Source of the DNA: Microcoleus sp.
Lineage (GTDB): Bacteria > Cyanobacteriota > Cyanobacteriia > Cyanobacteriales > Microcoleaceae
NCBI GenBank assembly: GCA_052279835.1
Contig: CP181291.1
Span: 5,536,001-5,600,000, forward strand
Direction of reading: 5' to 3'
Length of the DNA: 64,000 nt
A model generated the notes under the pieces. That model was not told the DNA's origin and did no database searches. It saw only the letters and a program-made list of their open reading frames with translations. Within the stretch, counting starts at the first letter, position 1. Each line of letters opens with the position of its first letter. Positions 30,050 to 41,152 of the stretch are shown piece after piece. The position numbers and the translations under genes were made by a program.

Positions 30050-30082
30050 AGCCTAAACCTTGACATTAATGTCAATGTCAAG
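30050..30082 (-). promoter_or_regulatory. MerR-type coaT promoter/operator
   Basis: TTGACA-20 nt-TAGGCT on the minus strand, overlapped by the inverted repeat CTTGACATT-N6-AATGTCAAG (30059-30082). Confidence 0.8.
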
Positions 30083-30133
30083 AGTAAAACCCAACAAAAT
30101 TACAAAACTCCATAACTACACAAACAAACAGAG

Positions 30134-30260
30134 GCCCCGGCGGTTAGAAACCGCGGCTACACAAACTTTCGTCCGCCTCCGCGGACTGGGATACCTGATT
30201 ATTTCAACCTGCTTTCGGCAGGTTTCGTCTGTGTAGACGCGGTTTCAACCGCCGAGTCTC
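30134..30260. repeat. REP/MITE-like palindromic element
   Basis: CGGCGGTTAGAAACCGCGGCTACACA at one end and TGTGTAGACGCGGTTTCAACCGCCG at the other. Confidence 0.75.
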
Positions 30261-30286
30261 AACCACCCAGCCTCTTCTTTGAACTA

Positions 30287-31387
30287 ATGCCAAAATACCT
30301 AACAATCAAACAACTTACAGAAGCAGTTCAAGGTGCTGTCACCCCCCGGATGGTAAGACATTATCACTCCTTGGGGCTGCTTTCGACCGCAGTGCGATCG
30401 ACCTCTAATTACCGACTCTACACCCGCAGCGATGTGCAGAAACTGCAAAAAATTGTCGCACTCAAACAGCAAGGTTTTCAGCTTTCCCACATCCGCAAAT
30501 TGTTAGAAACTGATGGGGATGCTTCTCCTGATGCGCTGATGGCGACTCTACAGCAACAGTATCTTTCTGTTACTGGGCAGATAGTTCGCCTCCGACAAAC
30601 GGCTTTAGCGCTGGAAGGTTTGCTGGGGCGGGATCTCTCCTGTCAAGCGGTGCAAGGGGAAGCATTGGCGCAAATGAGGCTGTTACAGGTGGAAACTGAG
30701 GGGGGACTGGGTGAGTTGGAACAACTTTGGGAGAGTTGGGATGCGGTGGCGCACTCTCACCCGGAGAATTTTGAGGAATCTTTGCAGCATTTGTTGCCGG
30801 ATTTGAGCGATCGCTCAGAAATTGAGGTAGACTTGCTTTCAAAACTGGTATTAGCTAGTGGTGATTGTTCCCTATTGCCGTTTGTGAAGTTGAGCGAAAC
30901 TGCGATTCAATCGGCGCGGGAAGCTTTGAAAAATCGCTGTCAAATTGTGGCTGATGTGTCGCCAGTTTGTGCTGCTTTGGATGGTACTAGGTTAGCACAT
31001 TTGGGAACAAGTATTGTGACTTTAATTGACGATCCACATATTAATGCTGCTGGGGAAGCGGAACAAGAATTTTGGCGAAAAAAAGGATGGTTTGAACAGT
31101 TGTTGCAACTAGAAAAAGGATGTATATTGGTGATAGGATATGCGCCTTCTGTGTTAATGTCTGTCTGTGAGGCGATCGAGCTAGGGGAACTGCAACCGGC
31201 TTTGGTGATTGGTATGCCGATCGGTTTTAGTCATTCTCCGATTGCGAAACGGCGTTTAGTGCGATCGGGTGTTCCTTATATTACGACTGTGGGGACTTTT
31301 GGCGGTGGATTGTTGGCGGCGGTGGCTTTAAATGCTTTAGTTGAATCTTTGATTGAAAAGCCGAATTGTCATTGTCATCTCAAGTAA
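30287..31387 (+). CDS. coaR: Cobalt-responsive MerR-family regulator with a precorrin isomerase (CobH)-like domain
   Basis: MerR HTH ([18 protein letters not shown]), IGYAPS / IGMPIGF CobH-like domain and C-terminal CHCH. Confidence 0.9.
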   Translation: MPKYLTIKQLTEAVQGAVTPRMVRHYHSLGLLSTAVRSTSNYRLYTRSDVQKLQKIVALKQQGFQLSHIRKLLETDGDASPDALMATLQQQYLSVTGQIVRLRQTALALEGLLGRDLSCQAVQGEALAQMRLLQVETEGGLGELEQLWESWDAVAHSHPENFEESLQHLLPDLSDRSEIEVDLLSKLVLASGDCSLLPFVKLSETAIQSAREALKNRCQIVADVSPVCAALDGTRLAHLGTSIVTLIDDPHINAAGEAEQEFWRKKGWFEQLLQLEKGCILVIGYAPSVLMSVCEAIELGELQPALVIGMPIGFSHSPIAKRRLVRSGVPYITTVGTFGGGLLAAVALNALVESLIEKPNCHCHLK

Positions 31388-31557
31388 AAATTACTTGGGT
31401 GGATCTCTATTTTGCAAGTATATTGGTATGGGCTATAGCATGACCCCAGACAATTTATTAGCTTGCGCCAGAGATTTACAGCGGTCATGCTTCGCCTATG
31501 CAAAATCGGGATGCTGCCAATTACTTTCTACAAATCCCAAAATACACTCGAACCCGA

Positions 31558-33669
31558 TTACCATTTCCCCAAAGCCCCCCACACCATACCCGAAACCACC
31601 CCCCAAATCGCCCCCAAACCCGAACCAACGATCGCCCCCGCCACAGGGGCAAAATCTCCCACCACCCCAGCGTTGATAGCAGGAAACACTAACGACAAGC
31701 CCCCACCCAACACCATACCGACGATCGCCCCCAAGAAACTGCCCCAAATCCCTCCCAAAAACCCCCCTCTCACCCCCGAAGGCTGAAACGACACCGGCAA
31801 CTTCGGCGCAAACCCACAAAAACCCAACAAACTCCCAGAAACCGTACCACCAAGGGAACCCACCCCCGCCGCCACCATCGCCACCACCAACAACAAATTC
31901 GCAAACTCATTCCCCGGAGTCATCGTCCCACTATATTGCTGCCAAACCACCAACCCCGAACCCAAACAAACACCAGCCAAAGTCCCCAAAAACGCCCCCC
32001 AGACAGCCCCCAAAAACGCTCCCCGTCGGCCCCAAACTCTCCCCATCGGCACTATCAGAGGAGGCTTAAAACTCGTCCAAACCAAGCCCCACACAATACC
32101 CACCCCCACACCCGACCAAATTCCCCGGCCGATCGCCGGATTCTCACTAATCGCCCCAAACACCACACCCCCGATCGCCGCCAACACAAAAGCCCCCCAC
32201 AAAGTCCCCACCAAAACACCCACCCACTTCCGAAAAATCTGATTCGGAGGTACAGCCAAAATGCCCCAAATCATCCCAAAAAAAGCGCCCCAAATCGAAC
32301 CCACAAAAATCGCCCCCAAAATCGCCCCACCACCCTGGGCGATCGCCGAAAATACCCCCGCCACCGCCGCCAAACACAAACCGCCCCAAACAGCACCCCA
32401 ACCAGCATCCTGAAATACCCGTTCCAACTTGCTAACAGGTACTGTCGGAGGCGGAGTCCGAGAAGACATCGGCATCGGCAACAGTGGCGGCTGGTATTGA
32501 CCTAGAGACCTTGGCAGTCCCGTAAACTGCTGTTGTCTGGGTCTTACGGTCTCCCGTACAACAGTGGGGGGTTTGGGCTTCTGACGCTGATTTTTCGCAG
32601 GCTGCAAGTTCACTCCGTTGCGGACTGCTTCCCGCGAGGGGAATGGATCGCGCCCTCTGAGCAGTTTTGCCCGATCGCACCAAGGACAGCGACTGAGATG
32701 ATTGCCGTATTTATGTTGATTATTTCTGCTGCAAGTAATTAGAGCATCTTCCGCTTCCCGCAGCGCATTTACCCAAGTTTTGGCATCCGGGCGCGCCAAA
32801 GGACTGCTGTGCCCATCCTCAAAACAGCGGATAAACATCTGTCGCAGTAGGGGATGCAGCATTTCCCAAGCTGGTGCTGCGGGCATGGGGCGATAGGGAA
32901 TCCGCTTGGTGCCAGAGGGGAAATGGCCTGATCGAATTCTCGCTTCTAAGGGCGGCGGTTCATCCGTACCGAGATAAACCCCCGAAAACGGGTGCGTACC
33001 TTCCATCAGTAGTTGAAAAATCAGCACCGCTAAGCCGAACAAATCATGTTCTGGGGCTCTGTCAATATCCCGAAAAGTTTTTCCCTGCAATTCCGGTGGT
33101 GTAAACTCTGGCTTCCCCACGGGACATCGATAAACGTAACCTGTATAGGGATCGCGTACTTGAAAGGAATCCGTATCTACCAGAGTTACTAAAGCTGTGT
33201 CGGTGACGAGGATATTGGACTCATTCACATCGCCGATGACGTAACCCCGTACATGGAGGGCGTTGACGGCGGCGGCCAGATTTCGGGCGGTGCGATGCAG
33301 GTAAAGATAGTTAAATAGGGGTTTTTGTTCGCGACGGGTTTTGGGAGTGTAGAAAGTGTGAACTGGCGACACCTTGGTGACGCGGGGCATCACAAAACCG
33401 ACGATTTTTTCTCGCCCGCCCACAGTATGCAGTAAATCCAGTGGCCAAGCAATTGAAGCGTGTCCCGGTGCGGCGATCGGCGCATCTGGTGGCATACTGA
33501 ACATGACTGTGAGTTTGTCGCCGTCTTCTTCTGTCGGTCTGTGATAAATTTTTGCTACTAGGGACTGGTCTTGGGGGAGGGGATAGATGCGACCTTCACC
33601 TCCACTGGCGATCGCCGTGTTAGTGTCGATCGCGATCAGTTGTCCGCTAAATTGCCGCTGCAACTGCAT
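31558..33669 (-). CDS. YegI/TerY-P-type Ser/Thr kinase with Zn ribbon and Gly-rich multi-TM C-terminus
   Basis: GGEGRIY, VAKIY, IGDVNESN, VDTDS, PEFTPPE, HDLFGLA and C..H..CPWC. Confidence 0.88.
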   Translation of the reverse strand: MQLQRQFSGQLIAIDTNTAIASGGEGRIYPLPQDQSLVAKIYHRPTEEDGDKLTVMFSMPPDAPIAAPGHASIAWPLDLLHTVGGREKIVGFVMPRVTKVSPVHTFYTPKTRREQKPLFNYLYLHRTARNLAAAVNALHVRGYVIGDVNESNILVTDTALVTLVDTDSFQVRDPYTGYVYRCPVGKPEFTPPELQGKTFRDIDRAPEHDLFGLAVLIFQLLMEGTHPFSGVYLGTDEPPPLEARIRSGHFPSGTKRIPYRPMPAAPAWEMLHPLLRQMFIRCFEDGHSSPLARPDAKTWVNALREAEDALITCSRNNQHKYGNHLSRCPWCDRAKLLRGRDPFPSREAVRNGVNLQPAKNQRQKPKPPTVVRETVRPRQQQFTGLPRSLGQYQPPLLPMPMSSRTPPPTVPVSKLERVFQDAGWGAVWGGLCLAAVAGVFSAIAQGGGAILGAIFVGSIWGAFFGMIWGILAVPPNQIFRKWVGVLVGTLWGAFVLAAIGGVVFGAISENPAIGRGIWSGVGVGIVWGLVWTSFKPPLIVPMGRVWGRRGAFLGAVWGAFLGTLAGVCLGSGLVVWQQYSGTMTPGNEFANLLLVVAMVAAGVGSLGGTVSGSLLGFCGFAPKLPVSFQPSGVRGGFLGGIWGSFLGAIVGMVLGGGLSLVFPAINAGVVGDFAPVAGAIVGSGLGAIWGVVSGMVWGALGKW

Positions 33670-33857
33670 AGAATTCCATATATATATCGACGATCTCGAT
33701 TTTAGATTGGGGATCTGGCATTTTTGATTGAAGAACTGACCCCGCTGGTAAATCTATTAACAGTCAGACCAGCCAGCATCAGAGATATAACGATTTAAAC
33801 CTTTCTTTCTGGATTGTCCATTTATAAATTAGCTAATCCGCTGCATTATACTATATT

Positions 33858-36800
33858 TTAGGACAAATATGGAGCTATCAATTTGACAATTTTTTCATAC
33901 TCAAAATCTTCTGAAAGTTCCAGCACCCTAGCAACAAAGGAACTATACTCTGGGTGTAATTGTTCCAACCGGCTGATTTCCAAATCCACATCTTCAACAT
34001 AACAGCCCTTCGCTGCTTGATACAAAACCAGCAATTCTTCTTTGGGCGGCACCACCATTTCCTGCGGACTAGCAGCTAAAGATACAGCCTCGGTCAACTT
34101 TGACCCGGTTGCTGCTGGTTGGTAAATCCATGACAAATTTAAATAACTCTGGATTTGGTCTAGCAATTCTACCGCTTGAATCGGCTTAGAGAGAAAATCG
34201 CTGTAGCCCAATTCTAAACATTTTTGGCGGTCTTCATTAAACACGGTGGCAGATGCAGCTACGATTGTTGTACTTTGAAATTGGGGTAATTGTCGCAGTT
34301 CTTGAATCAATCGGAAGCCATCCACCCCAGGCATTATTAAGTCAGATAAAATCAAATCCGGCTGCCATTCTACAGCTTTTTTTAAACCTTCTTGTCCGTC
34401 GGCTGCTTCCGCCAGTTCAAACCCTAAAGGTTCTAGCAAATTAATTATCACCGACCGATTCTCCCAGCGGTCATCGATTACCAATATTTTCTTTTTTTGA
34501 CCTTGATAGCCAAGGACTCTCTTGGTTGAGGTGATGGAGATTGATGCGGCTAAATCTGAACTGATGGGCAAGTTTAAATAAAACCAAAACTTGCTACCAA
34601 TTCCGGCAGTGCTCTCGACACAAATCTCACTTCCCATTAAAGAAAGCAGGTTTTTAGTAATTGCTAATCCCAAGCCGGTTCCTTCTGCTTGGAGAGAAAT
34701 ATCTCCCACTTGCTCGAAGGGCAAGAAGATTTTTTCTAAGTTTTCGGGAGAGATACCACAACCTGTATCTTCTATTTGGAAGCAAATTTTCTGGGATGGA
34801 CGAGGTATGAGTTCTGAAGAATGAGTAGCATCGGATGGATGCTGCATAATTCCTAATTCATGATAGCGGCTGTCTGTGACTCCTACTTTGAAAGTGACAC
34901 TACCTTTGTCAGTAAATTTTACAGCGTTGGACAGAAAGTTAATTAAAACTTGGCGCAGCCGCTTTTCATCGGCACAAACCGTTTTGGGGAGTTGAGTAAG
35001 AGCCTCGTAGGTAAAGTCAATTGATTTTTGTTGAGTTTTGACTCGGAAGATTTCTAACACTCCTTGCAGGAATTCGGAAAAATTAAAGATTTCCGGGTTA
35101 AGTTGGAGTTTGTTGGCTTCGATTTTAGACAAGCTTAAAATGTCGTTAATCAGGGTTAGCAAATGTTCGCTGCAATTGTAGATAATCTCAACGCCTTGCT
35201 GTTGTTTGGCGGTGCAGTCTGGGTCTAGTTGCAAGATTTGGGCGTAGCCCATAATGCCGTTGAGGGGAGTGCGCAGTTCGTGGCTCATATTGGCGAGGAA
35301 TGTGCTTTTAGCCAGGGATGCTGCTTCGGCGGCTTCTTTGGCTGCTGCGAGGGCGATTTCTGTTTGTTTACGATCGCAAATTTCCTGTTCTAATTGAGAG
35401 TTAGTCAGGGCTAACTCAGCAGTTCGTTCTGTAACTTTGGCTTCTAAGGTTCGATTGTAATTGGCTAATAGTTTCTCAGCTAGTTTGCGTTCTGTGATGT
35501 CAACAAAAGCGGCAATAGCTGCAACGATTTGCCCTTGTTCGTCGAACAGTGGCATACTGTAGACTTCGGCGGGAAATATCCGATCGCTCAACCGAATTTC
35601 TAGGTCGTCAAGCCTCACCTGTTCGCCTTTAAGCGATCGCACTATTGGCAAATCTGCTGCCGGATATAACTGCTCGGTTTCTGCTTGGTAAATATGATAA
35701 GTCACTGCTAATTGCTCGATTTGAGCAGACGGTAAAGTTTCGTTAATTTCCAGTAACTGTCTGGCCATCTGATTAACGTAAATGATTTGTCCGGTAAGAT
35801 CGTGAACTGCTACCCCCACTGGCATCGCTTCGAGAATTTGATTCAGTTTGCTCTCGCTCTGGGCTAAGGCTTCATTTAAGGATTGGAGGTCTGCAAATGA
35901 CTGTTTCAGTTGACCAGACATCAGATTAAACGTCTTTGTTAATTGTCCCAATTCATCAGAGCGTTCAATTTCTATTGATTTATGCCATTCGCCATGGGCA
36001 ATATTTTTAGCAACTTTATTTAAATCCAGAATTGGTTTTGTAACCCAACGAGCCGTAATAATACCAATACCTGTAGACCCGATTAATGACGCGATACACA
36101 GCAGGATCGTCGTGCGAGTATTGGCATATATTTGTGCCATGAAGTCGGCTTCTGGAACAACTGTGATAATCAACCAATCCAACTCAGATTTATCCGAGAT
36201 CGGGTTCACCTGTAAGAAATAGCGAGCGCGGTTAAAGTCAAACTCTAATCTTTGATTTTGCTCAATTTTAGGAAAAATTTTAAGATGAGTCAACAGAAAA
36301 TTAACGGATGCCTGAGTGAGGGGATTCCTACTGTTTTGAGCTAGCAGTCTCCATTCTTGAGGCTTTAAGTTTTTTAGATAATCTGAATCTAATTTTTGCT
36401 TAAATGGTGTCTCGCCTGTGGAACTGGCAATGAGTAGGCCTTGGCGATCGATAATGAATACTTGCCCTGTCCGTCCAACTTCCAAACTCTTTAGAAAATT
36501 AGCAAACTGAGGCAGATAGAGGGAGGATGCCAAAATTCCCTGAAAATTCCCATCGGGGTCAGAAAACGGCAAAAAGTTAACAATTGTCAATAAAGGACGA
36601 TCGACTCCCTGTGATAAATTAACAACTGGAAGCCAAATTGCTTTACCTGCTTCCTGGGCGGCTCGATACCAGGGACGGCCTTTAGGTGGATCGTTATGCG
36701 GATCGTAGTCATGTCTTACTTTGGTGAGCTTAATTCGCTTCCCTTGACGATCGGCAGCATAGCGGTGAAAGGCGTAATCCGTAGATTTATCCATAACTCG

Positions 36801-37220
36801 GATCACCAAAGAATCATTTGCCAATGATTTTTCGACACCAAGGAATTCTTTTTGCTCAGTGGCGATCGCCACATTACTAACCGTGGCATAGATTTGTAAT
36901 TGCTGTGCAAAGTAGCGTTCTAAATCCGAAAAATTTTTCCAGTCTAAAACCCTTGTGCGAATTGCTGCTGCATGGTTTTGATTAATTTGCTTAGGCACAT
37001 CCAGGTAATTTTGCAGATTTTGCTCAACGCGCCCGTCCACTTCATCTATTAACTGATAAGCTAAGTTTTTAACTGCCTGTTGCCCGTTTTTATAGGATAG
37101 ATAACCCACCAATCCCACTGTCCCGACAATTTGTATAACGAAAGGAACAATTAAAACAGTTCGTAGGGGAAGTTTCCCAGCAACTCTGGCGAATAAGTTA
37201 GAAAAAGAAGGGATTTTCAT
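33858..37220 (-). CDS. Hybrid sensor histidine kinase (Cache-HAMP-PAS-HisKA-HATPase-REC)
   Basis: FLANMSHELRTPLN, NAVKFT, DTGCGI, GTGLGL, ILVIDD and DLIMP. Start is MKIPSF; the upstream ORF extension is repeat-derived. Confidence 0.93.
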   Translation of the reverse strand: MKIPSFSNLFARVAGKLPLRTVLIVPFVIQIVGTVGLVGYLSYKNGQQAVKNLAYQLIDEVDGRVEQNLQNYLDVPKQINQNHAAAIRTRVLDWKNFSDLERYFAQQLQIYATVSNVAIATEQKEFLGVEKSLANDSLVIRVMDKSTDYAFHRYAADRQGKRIKLTKVRHDYDPHNDPPKGRPWYRAAQEAGKAIWLPVVNLSQGVDRPLLTIVNFLPFSDPDGNFQGILASSLYLPQFANFLKSLEVGRTGQVFIIDRQGLLIASSTGETPFKQKLDSDYLKNLKPQEWRLLAQNSRNPLTQASVNFLLTHLKIFPKIEQNQRLEFDFNRARYFLQVNPISDKSELDWLIITVVPEADFMAQIYANTRTTILLCIASLIGSTGIGIITARWVTKPILDLNKVAKNIAHGEWHKSIEIERSDELGQLTKTFNLMSGQLKQSFADLQSLNEALAQSESKLNQILEAMPVGVAVHDLTGQIIYVNQMARQLLEINETLPSAQIEQLAVTYHIYQAETEQLYPAADLPIVRSLKGEQVRLDDLEIRLSDRIFPAEVYSMPLFDEQGQIVAAIAAFVDITERKLAEKLLANYNRTLEAKVTERTAELALTNSQLEQEICDRKQTEIALAAAKEAAEAASLAKSTFLANMSHELRTPLNGIMGYAQILQLDPDCTAKQQQGVEIIYNCSEHLLTLINDILSLSKIEANKLQLNPEIFNFSEFLQGVLEIFRVKTQQKSIDFTYEALTQLPKTVCADEKRLRQVLINFLSNAVKFTDKGSVTFKVGVTDSRYHELGIMQHPSDATHSSELIPRPSQKICFQIEDTGCGISPENLEKIFLPFEQVGDISLQAEGTGLGLAITKNLLSLMGSEICVESTAGIGSKFWFYLNLPISSDLAASISITSTKRVLGYQGQKKKILVIDDRWENRSVIINLLEPLGFELAEAADGQEGLKKAVEWQPDLILSDLIMPGVDGFRLIQELRQLPQFQSTTIVAASATVFNEDRQKCLELGYSDFLSKPIQAVELLDQIQSYLNLSWIYQPAATGSKLTEAVSLAASPQEMVVPPKEELLVLYQAAKGCYVEDVDLEISRLEQLHPEYSSFVARVLELSEDFEYEKIVKLIAPYLS

Positions 37221-37249
37221 AACAGCAAGGAGGTTGTGTTGCTGGCGAT

Positions 37250-37555
37250 TAGTAATGGGTAATGGGTAATGGGTAATGGGTAATGGGTAATTGGTAATGG
37301 GTAATTGGTAATGGGTAATTGGTAATTGGTAATTGGTAAAACTGGTTTCCAGGAAATGTCGCTGTAGGGGTGGGTTTGACCAATAATAATCGTGAATAAT
37401 TGACCATCTATTAAACCCGCCCCCACCCAACGGTAAATCCCCGCCAACATTTTTGAGATTTGATAAACATCCTGGTTGATGTAGTGTGTGGGGGCGGTTT
37501 TTTCGAGATTGTGTGTATTATGATATCTTGTTGGTAGAAGCCGCCCCTACAGGGT
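37250..37555. repeat. TAATGGG/TAATTGG heptamer array plus a GTAGGGG..CCCCTAC REP-like cluster
   Basis: Read directly; a similar REP cluster lies at 46487-46655. Confidence 0.8.
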
Positions 37556-37581
37556 GTTGGCGTCTACCAATAGAAAATTCG

Positions 37582-37977
37582 TTATTTCCGCCACATATCA
37601 AATTGATCTTCCGAACAGCCGTTGATATATTGATTGTTCACCCAACCGTCAACAATTGCAAAAGTCTCATTGGGAGCAGTCCCATAAGTTCTCGCCGCAA
37701 TTTTCACCCATTCTCCCTTTCTGCTAACAGCCCTAACTCCGTCTCCTCTTTTGAGTTTAACAACCACCGGGTAATTATTGCCGGGACCTTTCCGAATGTT
37801 AACAGTCCCTGTTTTAACATTAATAAAGGAGCATTTAGTTTGCTCTTTTAAAGCTTCTACTTTGTCGGGTGACAGAGTTTGCTCTTTACCAAAAACGGGA
37901 AAACTGACCAGGGAAAAGCCAAAAGTAGCGACTGCGGCTGCAATGAAAAAGGCTTTGGATTGAGTCAAACTTAGCAT
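37582..37977 (-). CDS. Secreted bacterial SH3-domain protein
   Basis: VNIRKGPG.NYPVV, GEWVKI and GWVN. Confidence 0.85.
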   Translation of the reverse strand: MLSLTQSKAFFIAAAVATFGFSLVSFPVFGKEQTLSPDKVEALKEQTKCSFINVKTGTVNIRKGPGNNYPVVVKLKRGDGVRAVSRKGEWVKIAARTYGTAPNETFAIVDGWVNNQYINGCSEDQFDMWRK

Positions 37978-38028
37978 CTATTTAATCTCCGTGGGTTAAT
38001 AAGGACTCTTGGTCCTTACTACTAATTT

Positions 38029-39852
38029 TTATTTAACTGAGGCAAACCATTCGGTAATACCTTGGGCGATCGCCTCTGCTAACTTCTGCTGTTCTGTAGC
38101 ATTGACAATCCATTCAAACTCATCAGGATTAATCATAAATCCTAATTCCATTAAAACAGATGGAGCAACGGCAGGACGAGTCATGGCTAGGTTGTTCCAG
38201 AATACACCATAGGAAGGGCGATTCAATTTAGCAACTAAATAGTTGTGCAAAAACATTGCCAAACTGTGCGCTTGCGGGTGAAACCAAAAAGCGCCGACAC
38301 CTTTAGTATTAATCGCGTCCCCGTTATCTGGTAAAGCATTGTAGTGAAGAGAAATTGCGATCGCAGGTGCTTCTTTTTGAATCATTTCCACCCTCGGTGG
38401 CAAATCCAGATCCACATCTTCCACCCGCGTCATTACCACATTTGCACCCCGATTTACCAATTCCTCACGTACCAATTTTGACACAATTAAAGCCACAGTT
38501 TTTTCTCGGTAGCCTGTGGGCCCGACACCCCCTGAATCTTCGGGCCCCCCGTGTCCCGGATCTAACAGTATTTTAATTCCAGACAGCGGCTTTGCTTGTA
38601 GATTAGCCATCTGGCTGGCTTTCACAGGGGGGTGTTTTAAGGACAGCACTAAAGTTGTGCCATCATATCTCAATTTGTAACCCCATTGTTGCGCTGATTT
38701 GAGATTAAAAGTATATTGTAATTGCAGTGGCGATATTTGTTGCCATGTCAAACGTGAAATTACGGGGTCATCATCGAGTCGAATAATATCTGTTTGAGCG
38801 GTAGTATTGTACAGCGTTAAAGTGAACGCGCGTTCACCTTCTTGTACGGTGACGGGGACTGGTATTTCTAGAGGAAATAAGACTTCTGTCCAACCGGGAA
38901 CTTGACGCGATCGCGCGCTGCGAATTAGCGTTCGCGGCGGCACTGTATCCTTGACTATTTTCACTTCTGATGCTTTGATCCAAGCACCGTAATCGAGTCG
39001 AATCCATTCTCCTTCACGGCCAGTAATTGTGGCTCTTGTTCCCTTGGGTAGAGGTGTCATCCGAGAAAAATCGGTACTCGCGCCAGTGCGGGCAACACCT
39101 GGTTCTGCTGTCACTTCTGCTACTTCCAAATCAGCAGGAGAAAGAAGAGAAATTTTGCCCGTGCCTTGCTGGCTGACTGTTTGATTGTTCATGGTTAGTT
39201 CAAATACAGGCACTCCCAAATCTACTTTTTTGCTGTTATTTATTTGGGTGTCCGACTCAATGCCCCCCCTTAGTAAGGGGGGGTTGGGGGGGGTTTTGGC
39301 GCAGCCTTGATATTGTTGAGTAGCAGTTTTGATAGGAGAGTTTTCCCCTAATAATACAGATTTATTATCGGGCAATTCAACTTGCGATCGCGCTTTTAAA
39401 GGAATAGTTTCCCCTGCCAATTTTACCGAAACCTGAGCATTCATAGGTGCGATCGCCCCAAAGCAAATATATTCCCCCGGCAAAGTTGCCACATCAACTT
39501 TCGGTGTCAGAGAATCCTTAGCAAAAGCCAATCCTAAAGGAATTGCTGCCTGACTTGGCTGGCGCGTCACCTTAATTTTCACTTCCTGATTGTTGTAACG
39601 CAGTGTAAAGACATTTTCTCCCACTTGTAGGGGAAAAGTGGGGGCAAAATGACCGGCTTGAGTGCGGGGGATCTGGTTGCCATTTACCAAGACTTGTCCC
39701 GATGGTGGTGCTGTGCCAATTAAAAAAATGCGATCGACTGTAGTCTGGTGATTAGGAGGAGGATAAGCCACAAACAAAGGTTGGGCGGCAATAGCTACAG
39801 GAGCGATCGCCAAAATTATCCCGAACACAACTAAGGCTAAAAATTTTATCAT
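38029..39852 (-). CDS. N-acetylmuramoyl-L-alanine amidase (Amidase_3)
   Basis: LDPGHGG, EKTVAL, SLHYNA and LMELGF; signal peptide. Confidence 0.92.
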   Translation of the reverse strand: MIKFLALVVFGIILAIAPVAIAAQPLFVAYPPPNHQTTVDRIFLIGTAPPSGQVLVNGNQIPRTQAGHFAPTFPLQVGENVFTLRYNNQEVKIKVTRQPSQAAIPLGLAFAKDSLTPKVDVATLPGEYICFGAIAPMNAQVSVKLAGETIPLKARSQVELPDNKSVLLGENSPIKTATQQYQGCAKTPPNPPLLRGGIESDTQINNSKKVDLGVPVFELTMNNQTVSQQGTGKISLLSPADLEVAEVTAEPGVARTGASTDFSRMTPLPKGTRATITGREGEWIRLDYGAWIKASEVKIVKDTVPPRTLIRSARSRQVPGWTEVLFPLEIPVPVTVQEGERAFTLTLYNTTAQTDIIRLDDDPVISRLTWQQISPLQLQYTFNLKSAQQWGYKLRYDGTTLVLSLKHPPVKASQMANLQAKPLSGIKILLDPGHGGPEDSGGVGPTGYREKTVALIVSKLVREELVNRGANVVMTRVEDVDLDLPPRVEMIQKEAPAIAISLHYNALPDNGDAINTKGVGAFWFHPQAHSLAMFLHNYLVAKLNRPSYGVFWNNLAMTRPAVAPSVLMELGFMINPDEFEWIVNATEQQKLAEAIAQGITEWFASVK

Positions 39853-40252
39853 TCTCAATCGCAGCTAATAGAGAGTCTGTGCTGACCTAATTTTATCAGG
39901 TTTATTACCATTTTATATCCCTTGTCTGCACAGCAATACGAAATTTTTTGTAGCCACAGTTTCCTGATTGTCCCAAAACAAAAAAAATATATTTTGTCCT
40001 GAAATTCATTTTTTTAACAGTATATTAACTATTTTGTAAGGTTTAAAACAAAACATCTAAAACTTTGTATATTCGGTACTATTTATTCTAGATCGGGACG
40101 ATTTAAATACTTTTAATTTCTATAAAAAACAGCTATTTATCACCCGGAATGGTGAGGGCATTGGTGAATATTAAAACTATATTCAGATCAATAGACAACG
40201 GTTAGATGAGAAGTTAAAAATCATCTACCACATCCAAAACAGAGGAGTTTTC

Positions 40253-40861
40253 ATGAAATCTAAATTGATTGCACAAATATTGTTATCTGCACTAGCAGTA
40301 TCCGGTACTATGGTAACTGCAACAACAGTGCAAGCTGGTCCAGCCACTTTGGTTGCTAACGAAACGACAGTATTTCAATGTGTTGGTTCAGGTCGAAACT
40401 TAGCAACAATTGCCAAGCGAGGAAATCGTACCACCGACCCGATAATTCTGTGGCGCACCACAGAATTTGGTCGTGAGTTTACTCCCAGCCAGCGCTGTCA
40501 AGCGGTTTCCAGAAGATTGACACAAGCGGTTGCTAATAATGGCGGAAGCTTAAGTAATTTACTGTTAACTACAGGTACTGTTAATAGCCTACCCGTTGTT
40601 TGTTTCGTGAGTGGGCGTGGACGCTGCAACTCTAGCAATACACTATTTACTCTTGACCGCAAAAATGCCAGCAATCCTGGTGCCGTGCTCACCCGTTTGG
40701 TCAATTTTGCCGAAAACGGTGTTGGTGAAGCCGTAGTTTCCAGAACTCGTCCTACTGATGAACCGGAACAGCAGTACGTTTCTTTGCAAGATTTAGTCGA
40801 TCGAGCTTTGAATACAGCCCCAGCACCTGTGAAAGCGCAACCAAGCAATCGAGGTATCTAA
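40253..40861 (+). CDS. COP23-domain secreted protein
   Basis: FQC...PIILW...TPSQRCQAVSRRL...PVVC...C...LFTL pattern. Confidence 0.85.
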   Translation: MKSKLIAQILLSALAVSGTMVTATTVQAGPATLVANETTVFQCVGSGRNLATIAKRGNRTTDPIILWRTTEFGREFTPSQRCQAVSRRLTQAVANNGGSLSNLLLTTGTVNSLPVVCFVSGRGRCNSSNTLFTLDRKNASNPGAVLTRLVNFAENGVGEAVVSRTRPTDEPEQQYVSLQDLVDRALNTAPAPVKAQPSNRGI

Positions 40862-41152
40862 GTAGATATGTCTCTACTCAGTTGATGTGGGAGATGTCAC
40901 CTTAAGAAAGCGAATTTAAGCCTCCGAGACTATAATCTCCGACTTCTCCTTTCCCAGAAGTCGGGGATTTGTGCTTGGGGTGTGAGAAGTCGAGGATTTA
41001 AGGGCGATCGGTGTGGGCGTAAATCAACTAAAATATATCCGGGTGCAAGTACCAACCAGCAGAATCTAAGATATGTAGGAACACTCAACAGCAGTGTACC
41101 TAGAAATATGACTTCCTACATAAATCTACCTGTCTCAGATCCAGGAGTTATC

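Noticed and set aside
31353..32505. Pro/His-rich plus-strand ORFs
   Set aside because: Antisense shadows of the Gly-rich kinase tail.
37221..37450. N-terminal extension of the kinase ORF and a 77-aa ORF with YQLPIT/HYPLPIT repeats
   Set aside because: These are translations of heptamer repeats.
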